Source: a bacterium (GTDB lineage Bacteria > Hinthialibacterota > Hinthialibacteria > Hinthialibacterales > Hinthialibacteraceae). Taken from it: 64,000 nt of DNA. The notes below the pieces were generated by a model that saw only the letters and a list, made by a program, of their open reading frames with translations, was not told the DNA's origin and ran no database searches. Below, in pieces: positions 19,696-29,589 of this stretch (position 1 is its first letter; each line of letters opens with the position of its first letter). The stretch covers positions 1,376,001 to 1,440,000 of the forward strand of contig CAXXMV010000008.1 of NCBI GenBank assembly GCA_963662285.2, in the 5' to 3' direction. The position numbers and the translations under genes are program-made.

Positions 19696-20751
19696 ATGAA
19701 ATCCCGAATTACTATTCTTTTATGCGCTGTTGTAATGACGGCGGTAGCAATGGATTCGGTCGCTCAGATTCAAATTGGCGGTATCATGCGTGATGAGTAC
19801 TCATTAGGACTTACCCCCTCAATCAAAAGCGCTGGAATGGGCGGCGCCTATGTGGCGGTTGATAAGAACTTTTCCATGAATCCAGCGGCGCTGGGCGGCA
19901 TCCAGGGGATTGAAGGAACCATGTCTTATGGTTTCTATGATCACGACGCTGGGCCATCCGGTCATAGAGGAAAAATGGACGTCGCATTCAAAAATCCATT
20001 AGCCAGCGTGGTTACAGAATGGTTTCCCGTGCTTGAATTTTTGAACACTAACGGCATCCGGTTAATGTTGGATGGAGTTGGCAGCGATGGCGCAGGAACC
20101 TCTAAACTACGCGACGCCGCAGGAAACCCAATGGATATTGATTTCGATTCAATGACCTTCGGGATGCATTCTGGAGTTGACATCTGCGATTGGCTCTCTA
20201 TCGGATCAGGTATGTATCCTTATGAAAAATCCAATGTAGAACTCACCGGACCGGGCGGAAAACTGGATGGCGAAGGCCTTTCCCAATTTGGCAGCATGCA
20301 ATACGGCGCTATCGTCAGACCATGCGATTTCATCCACTTTGGCGCTGAATTTATTTACATCAAAGATGATCTGGAAGTAAATACCCCCGCCGGACACATG
20401 GGAGATTATTTCTACATCAATTATTTCGCCCTGGGCGCGGCCATCATGCCCTTTGACGGAACTATTATCGCTGTCGATTATTGGAACGGCGAGATCGAAG
20501 GCTCCATCGATAACACCACCCGCTTCGATCAGGACGTAGACCGCTGGAACGTCGGCGTACAGCAAAAAGTATGCGACTACTGCGACCTGCGCGTTGGTTC
20601 AAACAACGGCGGATTAACGGCTGGCGCCACTTTCCATATCAATGAAAACATGGAATTAGATTACGCCTACGTAAATCAAGCGTTACGCGACAAAGAAAAC
20701 ATCTTCGGCGACACCCAATACCACGGCATTTCCTTCACCGCTCGTTTCTGA
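19696..20751 (+). CDS. Outer-membrane beta-barrel protein, FadL/PorV-like
   Basis: Signal peptide, SAGMGGAYVAV...NPAAL hatch motif, amphipathic strands, C-terminal beta-signal HGISFTARF. RBS AAGGAG. Confidence 0.7.
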   Translation: MKSRITILLCAVVMTAVAMDSVAQIQIGGIMRDEYSLGLTPSIKSAGMGGAYVAVDKNFSMNPAALGGIQGIEGTMSYGFYDHDAGPSGHRGKMDVAFKNPLASVVTEWFPVLEFLNTNGIRLMLDGVGSDGAGTSKLRDAAGNPMDIDFDSMTFGMHSGVDICDWLSIGSGMYPYEKSNVELTGPGGKLDGEGLSQFGSMQYGAIVRPCDFIHFGAEFIYIKDDLEVNTPAGHMGDYFYINYFALGAAIMPFDGTIIAVDYWNGEIEGSIDNTTRFDQDVDRWNVGVQQKVCDYCDLRVGSNNGGLTAGATFHINENMELDYAYVNQALRDKENIFGDTQYHGISFTARF

Positions 20752-20758
20752 TTCTAAC

Positions 20759-20792
20759 ACAGGATGGGTCAGTCAGTACTGGCTCATCCTGT
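20759..20792 (+). terminator. Hairpin after beta-barrel gene
   Basis: ACAGGATGGGTCAGT-cagt-ACTGGCTCATCCTGT, 8 nt after the stop codon. Confidence 0.55.
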
Positions 20793-21013
20793 TATACTGA
20801 TTTTCACCAACGGTGGCATGATCACCAAGATTATGGCTAAGAGTATCTAAAACCTTAAGATACAGCATCAAGGGCTGGACGCAATGAGCACCAGGAAAAG
20901 GACGACTCGACAGACGTGACATGCCAAAAATTCAACCCAATCTAGAAAAAAACTCATAAATCTGGCAATCTCTCCATAAATAGATTTATTCTATAACTCA
21001 GAGGGCTTCGATC

Positions 21014-21556
21014 ATGACCAAACCAAGAGGGTTCACGCTGATTGAATTGCTTATCGTCGTCGCCATCATTGGAGTTCTGGCCGCCATAGCCGTTCCCAAT
21101 TTTCTCCAGGCTCATACCAAGGCGCAGGTTACCGCCGTGATATCGGAGATGAAGGTCTTGGAACAGCAGTTGCGTATATACTGGTTGGATTTCGGACGTC
21201 CTCCAGTCTCGGATTACATCAAAGGCAAAAACAGCATCGTAGGCATCTCGACGCCAGTGGCCTATATGCCCAATATCCCAACCGATCCTTTCAGGGCGGA
21301 CCGGCAGGATTACAAGGAAGCCTATGGCTATTTCTACAATTATTGGTATAACGAAGAAGACCCGTCCAAACGCTATAACCGGGGCGGCACGGAATGGAAT
21401 AGCCAGGGCTGGGTACTGTATCTATACTCGCTGGGTCCCAATTTCGACGACAATACCCGTTGGGTCACCTACAACCCATCCAACGGCATCCGCTCCACCG
21501 GAGTAGTCCGCCTCTTCACCCCCAAGCGAACCGAGGATTGGCAGGATTTGTTGTAG
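21014..21556 (+). CDS. Prepilin-type N-terminal cleavage/methylation domain protein
   Basis: RG|FTLIELLIVVAIIGVLAAIAVPNF. Confidence 0.92.
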   Translation: MTKPRGFTLIELLIVVAIIGVLAAIAVPNFLQAHTKAQVTAVISEMKVLEQQLRIYWLDFGRPPVSDYIKGKNSIVGISTPVAYMPNIPTDPFRADRQDYKEAYGYFYNYWYNEEDPSKRYNRGGTEWNSQGWVLYLYSLGPNFDDNTRWVTYNPSNGIRSTGVVRLFTPKRTEDWQDLL

Positions 21557-21681
21557 TGATTCCAATGGGACACGTCGCAGAGGTGGTTTTGAGGATGAAA
21601 TTTGTTTTGCTTTGTCCCATCCTACGCGTTAGATTAAAGGATGAACAGGATTTTTTATACGAGGGATGCCCGCTATCAATC

Positions 21682-24000
21682 CTATTCCAGGTTGCGCAGA
21701 CATGAAACGACTATACGGATATCTTCATAGGATATCTCGCCATTGAGCAATTCGAAGATCGGCTTCAAGCGTTCTTCGTCAACCTGCATGGCGGCGTCGG
21801 TGATCCGTTTAGCTATATCAGGTTTGATCCAGGGCGAGGGATCGGTGATTTTGTTCTGCGCAATATAATCAAACAGGTATGTATAAACGGTTGAGATTTT
21901 ACGGTCTACTTTATTAACTACATAATCCAAAGATTTTCCTTGCGCAAAAAAGTCATGCGCCTGGATGGCGGTTGGATTATTCATAACCATCTTCATATCG
22001 TGTTCACCACCGATAGCCAGTTTCTTTTTGCGGCTGCGAATGGCGCCGACATCACGTTGCAATAATTTTGCAATTTCACTGATGGTTTTTCGATCCATCA
22101 GATGCGCAATTAATTGATCATCCTCTTTTTGACTCCAAGGTTCGTAGGCTCTTTCGGAGTGTTTTGGTTCTGCAAAAGCAGCTGATGTTTTCTCTTTAGA
22201 TTTGGCGAATGCTTCGGGGCGGGCTTTTTCCAAAGCCGCGAGAAACCGCTCGCCATACTTTTTGCATTTACTCTCACCCACTCCCTGCACGGCAAGGAAT
22301 TGAGCCAGATTGGCGGGGATGCGGCGCGCCATGTCGCGCAACGCGGCGTCGCCGAAAACCACGAAGGCGGGCACATCGTTTTCATTGGCGATTTCGCGGC
22401 GCACCTCGCGTAATATTTCAAACAGATCGCGGTCCACGCCTTCCCAGGAATCCTTAGCAGCCTTAGAGAGTTTGGCGGCTTTCTTGGCTGGTTGCAGAAG
22501 CCGGGGCGTTTCATTTCCCCGGATAACCCGCCAGCCCGCTTCGGTAACATTGAGAACGTTATAGTCTCCGGTTTTTTGCAGGTATCCCTGAGATATCAAT
22601 TGCTCGATCCAGTCGCGCACAATTCGTTTGTCATATTCGGATAAAAGGTTGTAAGTACTTAACTCGTCATGCTTGTTTTGCAGGATGCGTTTATCTTTAG
22701 AGCCAACTAACACCAGTGAGGTATATTCGCCGCCGAAACTCTGATCCAAACGCACTACGCATGACAATATCTTCTGAGAAATCACCAATGAATCTTTGAC
22801 GCAATCCAATTCATCCAGACATACATCACATGCGGAGCAATTCGGTTTATCCAAATCCTGATCGAAATACTGCAACAGCGCCTTGTGGCGGCAAGTAACG
22901 CCCGTGCAGTAGTTGAACATATCATTGACTTTATCCAGAGCGACTTTCTTTAATTCCGGCTCTGCGTCGCGCAGGATACTACTCCATATTCCATAATCTT
23001 TACTGGAGTAAAACAGGCAGCATTCGGCTTCAAGACCATCACGTCCCGCCCGACCGCTTTCCTGCTGATAATGCTCCAGCGATTTAGGCATTCCAGCATG
23101 GATCACATAACGGACATTTGATTTATCGATCCCCATACCAAAGGCCACCGTAGCGACGATAGTATCAACTTTATCCAGAATAAATGCTTCCTGGTTGCGC
23201 TTGCGCTGTACATCGCTCATCCCTGCGTGATAGGGACGCACTGCATAATCCAGGCGGCTCAGATCGGCGCACATCTGATCCACATCCTTACGCCGGATGC
23301 AGTAGATTATGCCCGACTCATTTTTGTGACGATCCATAACAGCGCAGACCTGTTGGAGAAGGTTGTTGGAACGTTCGGCCTTAAACACCAGATTGGGACG
23401 GTCAAATGAGCCAATCAGTATTTCAGGATTTTCAAGCTGCAATTGTTTGGAAATATCATCCCGCACCATACCAGTGGCCGTGGCGGTATATGCGTGGATG
23501 GCGACTCCCGGCAGCATAGTTTTCAACTGCCCCAACTGACGGTATTCAGGCCGGAAATCGTGCCCCCACATGCTGACGCAATGAGCCTCATCCACTGCGA
23601 TAAAAGATATCTTCTGTTTTTTGATAAAATCAATAAATCCATTGGCGAACATACGTTCCGGCGAGCAATACAATAGTTTAAGCGAACCATCCGCAATATC
23701 ATCGAACACCATGTTGCGTTCCTGCGGCAATTGGGCGCTATCAATGCGGGCTGCTGAAACGCCGCACTGGATCAGGGCGTCGACTTGATCTTTCATCAAT
23801 GAGATCAAGGGCGAAATAACCACCGCCATACCCGGCATAGTCACCGCCGGCGCCTGGAAACAGAGCGATTTCCCCCCTCCGGTAGGCAGGATAACCACCG
23901 AGTCGCGCCCGTCGCGGACGCTCTGCATAGCCTTCTCCTGCAAAGGCCGGTATTCATCATAACCCCAGTATTCTTTAAGCGCTTTTTGGATATTCCTCAT
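21682..24000 (-). CDS. recQ: ATP-dependent DNA helicase RecQ
   Basis: [47 protein letters not shown], Zn-binding CRH..C..CD.C, RQC, HRDC ([11 protein letters not shown]) and C-terminal HTH. Start placed at ATG 24000. Confidence 0.97.
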   Translation of the reverse strand: MRNIQKALKEYWGYDEYRPLQEKAMQSVRDGRDSVVILPTGGGKSLCFQAPAVTMPGMAVVISPLISLMKDQVDALIQCGVSAARIDSAQLPQERNMVFDDIADGSLKLLYCSPERMFANGFIDFIKKQKISFIAVDEAHCVSMWGHDFRPEYRQLGQLKTMLPGVAIHAYTATATGMVRDDISKQLQLENPEILIGSFDRPNLVFKAERSNNLLQQVCAVMDRHKNESGIIYCIRRKDVDQMCADLSRLDYAVRPYHAGMSDVQRKRNQEAFILDKVDTIVATVAFGMGIDKSNVRYVIHAGMPKSLEHYQQESGRAGRDGLEAECCLFYSSKDYGIWSSILRDAEPELKKVALDKVNDMFNYCTGVTCRHKALLQYFDQDLDKPNCSACDVCLDELDCVKDSLVISQKILSCVVRLDQSFGGEYTSLVLVGSKDKRILQNKHDELSTYNLLSEYDKRIVRDWIEQLISQGYLQKTGDYNVLNVTEAGWRVIRGNETPRLLQPAKKAAKLSKAAKDSWEGVDRDLFEILREVRREIANENDVPAFVVFGDAALRDMARRIPANLAQFLAVQGVGESKCKKYGERFLAALEKARPEAFAKSKEKTSAAFAEPKHSERAYEPWSQKEDDQLIAHLMDRKTISEIAKLLQRDVGAIRSRKKKLAIGGEHDMKMVMNNPTAIQAHDFFAQGKSLDYVVNKVDRKISTVYTYLFDYIAQNKITDPSPWIKPDIAKRITDAAMQVDEERLKPIFELLNGEISYEDIRIVVSCLRNLE

Positions 24001-24187
24001 ATTCCCAACATGTTCCTTAAAATCTACAGATGATTCACATTGGTACAATTATGCCTCATACCAACTAAGCGGGCAATGTGACCATATTTATGTTTAGACC
24101 GAAAGCAAAAAAAACCGTATACAGCAAGGGTGAAAATCCTATGCTGTATACGGTGTATGGTAATTTTATGTTGCTATTCGCCTTGGG

Positions 24188-24943
24188 TTATTCAACCACC
24201 CGGCGGAAATCGAAGGTTGAGCAGACCAGTCTGGCGTTAGTCCAGCGTCCTCTAATTGTCTTGGTATTATCAGGCGAGTAGGCCACTAAACCAAGCAGCA
24301 CTTCTTTTCCCGCCCAGTCGCTCAATAGCGCGTTGTATGAATGAGAGATTATATTCTCTCTTTCCCTGGTTTCGGCGTCAGCGAATTCGCGGGGTCTCTT
24401 GTTTTCAAAATCAAGTTTATCCTGTCTCTCATGGATTTCACCCGACTTGACCCATTCATCATCAGAGGTTCCGGTGCGTTCGTATACATCAATATAGAAT
24501 TCAGTTGTAGTGGCCGTTTCGTTTTCATCCAGAGTTACAAAGTAATCAACCTCCAGCTGAATCCTTATTACTTTGGGCAATGTAACCTTATACATCCCTT
24601 TGACAAGATGACGGGTTGCATTGTCGTTGGCGGGGACATTGATATCCAGCGTAGTATCAACGCTGGACGGGTAACCTTCACGGTATGGTTGTCCGGGTGA
24701 TAATATTTGACCTTGTCCGGCGCCTTCTGATGCTTTACTGCTTTTGGATTGCAATTGGCTGGATTTGATAATGCGTTCGTCCGTATCAATCCAATTGATC
24801 TTTTCGAACTCACGATTAAGAAATCCCATCTCGAAAATTTTATGTTCCTGCTGTTTGGCATCTTCCTGGGCGGTCGCCGGGAGAATTGACAGCGCTAGAA
24901 CAAGCGAACTTAATATTAATGCATAGTAATTAGACTTATTCAT
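24188..24943 (-). CDS. Secreted hypothetical protein (beta-sandwich-like C-terminus)
   Basis: Signal peptide ending ATA|Q; LSDWAGKEVLLGL...W.NARLV motif; co-oriented with short gaps to neighbours. Confidence 0.75.
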   Translation of the reverse strand: MNKSNYYALILSSLVLALSILPATAQEDAKQQEHKIFEMGFLNREFEKINWIDTDERIIKSSQLQSKSSKASEGAGQGQILSPGQPYREGYPSSVDTTLDINVPANDNATRHLVKGMYKVTLPKVIRIQLEVDYFVTLDENETATTTEFYIDVYERTGTSDDEWVKSGEIHERQDKLDFENKRPREFADAETRERENIISHSYNALLSDWAGKEVLLGLVAYSPDNTKTIRGRWTNARLVCSTFDFRRVVE

Positions 24944-24961
24944 GGTTTTCCTTTCTTGATC

Positions 24962-26245
24962 TTAATCAAACAGACTGAATTCATCAACAAAACTGTCTTT
25001 CGGCAGAAGAATACGGTGATCCTGGTTTTGCGTACTATACAAATGCAGTTTCTGATCCTGTAATAACATGAAATAATTGCCGCTGGGGTGAAACGGTTGC
25101 AACAACAATGGGTTGAATGATGGGCTTTCTATGTTACGACTTGCTATGACTCCAATATAAATTCTCTGATCATATGGATCTGAATCCATACTGTGAATCT
25201 TGGCTTGGATAGTTTCATTCTCGTCAGTTATAGGAAAATGAATTAACGTACCTATATGAGACTCTGGCTGAGACCATTGACTATCCAAGTAAGCAGCCCG
25301 TATGCAGTAAGGCGATTCTATTAGTGCTTCATCTTCATATTGCAGTGTTTCAATGCATTTTTTCTCATAATTCATAAAATAGTATGGGTAATACCATTTT
25401 GATGAAATTAAATACAAATTCACTGCTTTATTATACTTACCATTTCCCTGATTCTTATTAACTTGAATTATGTCAAAGAATAGATAACTAGTTAATACTG
25501 ATAAACTTGTTGTTAAGTAAGATATACCTTGATAATCTTCGTTGATAAGTAAATCAGGATCGGTAAAGGCTTGGAATCTTTGTTGCTCCAAATCATAGAT
25601 ATATATATTACCATTCGTAGTTGATGCAAATGTAGATTTCAATGTGTTCTCGACCGAGATGATAGGATAATTTATTGGAGAATGTACACCCAATTTTGCT
25701 CCACTGTATTGATCATAAATCACGATTCGGTTTTCATCATTAATCAGATAAATATTTTCATTTTTAAGGATTGAATAAGGAGTTTGAACGGATAAACCAT
25801 TGTGGTTCCAAGCGGACTTGTCGGGTCGATCAAGAAAATGGATATAGTCTTCTACCTGATCGGGAAGGTTGTATTTTCCAGCGAACCAGCGTACGCGGTC
25901 ATTAATATCAAACAAAACCTTTCCTGCATCAATATCAATAACCGAATAAACCGCTGCGGATTGATCAACATTTTTATCCCAGTGAGCAGCCACCACAATT
26001 CTGGCTAATCCCTTATATTCAGAGTCCCTACCCCACTTGATAAAATGAACCGCGTTGGGCGTTTCAATGAACTGCTCAAGTTCCATTGTTTCGAAGTTAT
26101 AGAGATACACCCCATCGTTTCCTCCAACGGCTAGGGTATCGCCATCATAAGAGAAAACCGCATCTTGGATAGTCTCTAGCGGTAAAGCCATTGCGATGTT
26201 ACAACACAGGATCAGAAACATGCATGTTAGACGCAAGACTCTCAT
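24962..26245 (-). CDS. Secreted hypothetical protein, WD40/beta-propeller-like ends
   Basis: Signal peptide AMA|L; AVFSYDGDTLAVGG..GVYLY and FHPSGNYF blades; RBS AGGAG. Confidence 0.75.
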   Translation of the reverse strand: MRVLRLTCMFLILCCNIAMALPLETIQDAVFSYDGDTLAVGGNDGVYLYNFETMELEQFIETPNAVHFIKWGRDSEYKGLARIVVAAHWDKNVDQSAAVYSVIDIDAGKVLFDINDRVRWFAGKYNLPDQVEDYIHFLDRPDKSAWNHNGLSVQTPYSILKNENIYLINDENRIVIYDQYSGAKLGVHSPINYPIISVENTLKSTFASTTNGNIYIYDLEQQRFQAFTDPDLLINEDYQGISYLTTSLSVLTSYLFFDIIQVNKNQGNGKYNKAVNLYLISSKWYYPYYFMNYEKKCIETLQYEDEALIESPYCIRAAYLDSQWSQPESHIGTLIHFPITDENETIQAKIHSMDSDPYDQRIYIGVIASRNIESPSFNPLLLQPFHPSGNYFMLLQDQKLHLYSTQNQDHRILLPKDSFVDEFSLFD

Positions 26246-26258
26246 TTAGATTCTCCTT

Positions 26259-29075
26259 CTACCACCACTGCGTAAACCTGAATTTCGTGCGTGGCATACC
26301 ATTCAAGTCGCCTAAACCCATATATAGATATGCCTCTTGACCACATTCAACAGCGCTTCCTAAGTCGCACTCGCTTGGATCATTATTAATTAGAAACGAG
26401 CTAACATATTTATTATCAGGCGTATTAGCATAATCATCTTGAATATCAAAACGCATTTCCGTGCTCCATTGCGTTAAATCGTTATTTAGACTTTTTGCAA
26501 TATATAGATAATATTTGCCATTATCTATACCTCTTGATAGCAAGATATAGGGCTCGTCTGATAAGTATTTGCTTTTTGTTACAGACGGGAGTTCTCTATA
26601 CTTATTAGTTGTAGAAGGTAAAAAAAGTGGAGTAGACCATCCTCCATTTGCAGGTTGACCAAAACTAGGAGTTGGGCTCACTGGAGGAATAAAGAACTTT
26701 TTCCAAGGACTATCTGTTGATGAATCATAACTATTCACACTCGTTTTCAAAGCACGCGCAACACAGATTGAAGATGGCCATTGAACCATTCCTCTAGTAG
26801 CTGCTTGTAGTAAGTCATATTCAAGTTCACCATCTGTATCTCTTGCTTCACAATACTGCAAAGATAAGTTTCTGTCATAAAAAACATACAAGTAGTTATC
26901 TTTTTCAATCAACCAGGGATGCCGTACTCCTACTCCATGTTGAGGAGGGGTATCAGTATCAAACCAATTATCATACGTTGGTTCTGGAATTGGCGTGCCT
27001 GGTCCTGGAGTACCTTCAGGATAAAGCCAATCTGTTTCTGACATAAAACACTCTATTAATGGACCCGGGGTTCTCTGTTGCCTTGGGGTAGGCGTTGTTG
27101 TCATCTCTGGCTTCATACTTACAATATCGAAATCAACTGCATTTTCAGAACGTGCATAGCCGATACGGGCGTAATTCGCATGAAGCCATATATTTGGATT
27201 GCTTGGATATTGATAAATCCCATAGGGTCTACCTCCATAATCATGCGTATCTTCTGCATGGAATACAGAATGGATGATCGGAGTAGACGACGCGTTTGCA
27301 CCAACGTTATGCGAAAACAATGCATTCATACGGACATACCAGTCACCCGGAGTGGGAGTGATAAAATCTTCTTGGTGAGCTAATGGTTCTAATACAGGGA
27401 AAGGCGTTCCTGTTGCCTGGGGAGATGGAGTTTGGGTTCCAACGTTTCTGTACATATAATCAGAGATGTTAGAAATATCCCTGGTTGCCATCCCTTTATC
27501 ATCATCATTGATCTGAATGGCAAAGGTTTTGGGAATCTGGTCATTATTCGAATTATATTGACCGCCCGTGATATAAGTATACCATTTACCATCGAATTTG
27601 ACTGGAGCATATTGGTTGTCCGGCACTGGTGAAAGTAAATCAGAGAAAGTCGCGGTTTCATAATCATAGTTGACATACAACTTAGGCCTTTTAGAAGTGA
27701 CTGACCCATCGTTTGTATAAATGCGAATTGCGTCAGTATCCGCACTTTGATCGCGCTTTAATAAGATGCCTTTTGTTTTAACATCATCTTCTGAATCATC
27801 AAGATGAGAATTTAGTATATTCGAGATATACAAATCCTGGAAATCACCTTCAAAATCGTAAGGTATAACAAGCCTATCAGAAGCGACGCTACTATCATAA
27901 TCACCTCCGGCTGTAGTCCAGTTTGCGCCATTCTTAGCTACCGTCCAAGTTGCATAGTTTTCTTCCCAATCACTAGTAACTTTATAGGCAGTAAATGCAG
28001 CATCAGATGATGTTCGGTTCTGATAGATATTAAATTCAAGAGATGAAGAAATAATATCACTGCCATTTGGAAGTGAACTTATATCAAAGCCGAACAGCAA
28101 CCGCTCATCATCGCTCCAACTAACGATACCAACAGAACCATTCACAGTACTACCATCCAACATTGTATCACGATCAGGATTAATCACGCCCAAGCCAGGA
28201 TCAATAACCAACCCCCCCTTCGGGGGCTTTAGCCAAATCGCCAAGACAAGCAGACATCTCTGCTACACCGGACGCATCCTTGTTCAACTGCCAAAGTTGG
28301 TTGGTGCGGATAGCGCTTTCTTCATCAAACGAATAGATGGGGTCACCCATGCTATCTAAAACATATGCGGTTACTGGACTCAATTTGTGTACTACCTTGT
28401 CATTCTTTACAAACTGTAAGGGTTCATCCAAGTTTTCAGTGTAAAGATCAACCTGCTTTTCGCCGAGACATGCATCACTGGTAATCCACACGCTAGGGAT
28501 GTCAAAACGCGCAGTAAGATAATCCTGCGCATCAAGAGTTCCTTGTTGAACATCACCCCTGATCTGTTTCATCAAATCCGCTCTGACAATAACATCCACT
28601 TTCAAGATATCGTGAATATACCGCACAGAGAGATCGACGTCAGGGAAAACGTTATACCAGTAAACCTGGTCGCCCTGCACCTCGATTTCCGACCAGTTCG
28701 GTTCGCCCCAGTCAAAGGCATGGAAGGCTCCATTACGGCGAACGCCCATACCAGAGAATGGTATGTGAAGACGTCGCCTTCATGCTCCGCCTGGAAAAGG
28801 CCATTAGCGTTCACCTTCAGATTCCAGATGCCCTTAATGACTTCATAATCCCAATCGGGATCATCGGAAAACTCCAGGTTGGTATTAACCTCCTGAAATA
28901 TTCCCGCTTTATCCTGGTAATACTTGGGATAACTCAGGAACGTCATAGTTCCCGGCCCGGTTTGCTCAGCATACTCCGTTACTGGCTGGGGATAGATATC
29001 CTGAGCATGACTTACAGCCACCCCCGCGAATACGAGGCTCAACATACAGCTGATTCCTACAAGGCGTCTAATCAT
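26259..29075 (-). pseudogene. Large secreted DNRLRE-domain protein split by two frameshifts (~28752 and ~28215)
   Basis: RBS GGAGG plus signal peptide at 29075. Three overlapping ORFs join into one continuous protein if one G is added at CTGG/TATG and one G is removed from the G7 run at 28212-28218. DNRLRE motifs: RLLFGFDISSLP, VTSDWEE..ATW, GILLK, RPKLYVNY. Confidence 0.75.
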
Positions 29076-29095
29076 TGATGCACCTCCTGATATTG

Positions 29096-29119
29096 TTTGC
29101 ACACAAAAATATGTGCAAA
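29096..29119. promoter_or_regulatory. Perfect 8-8-8 palindrome (candidate operator)
   Basis: TTTGCACA-caaaaata-TGTGCAAA, just upstream of the RBS of the DNRLRE gene. Confidence 0.5.
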
Positions 29120-29336
29120 TTATACGCAAAGCGTATTTTTCAGTAGTATTAAGAAAATACTGATAAGTCAGATAATCCGGGATTCCCCAAAAAAAAGCAA
29201 AAAGATACCCTGTAATAAGCATCATATAGAAAAGATGCATATCCAGAAATTTTATTGTAATATTTTATGAAACAAGAAATGCAATATAAACAAAACCAGA
29301 TAATAGCCCCTATTTATCTAATTTTGTATAAATTAT

Positions 29337-29365
29337 ACTATATTTTAATTTATTTATATTGTCAA
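29337..29365 (-). promoter_or_regulatory. Candidate sigma70 promoter
   Basis: TTGACA-N17-TATAGT in an AT-rich region about 260 nt upstream of 29075. Confidence 0.45.
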
Positions 29366-29589
29366 CAATAAAATGTTTAAATATGCATTTAAAAATAACT
29401 CAATGGATACAATTATAAAGTACTACGTATATTGCAATACATCTCATAACATGTAAAAACACAAGGATATACATGGCAAGCATAATGAGGCATATTCAAA
29501 CTAAACTTTATTGAAAAATCGAGAAAAAGAGTTGGAGTTGATCCAATTCCGCTCTTAAGCAGGAGAAGATCAGGTGAGAAAAATCTATC

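Noticed and set aside
29076-29240. N-terminal extension of ORF 28602..29240
   Set aside because: The RBS and signal peptide point to a start at 29075; the upstream part is AT-rich leader.
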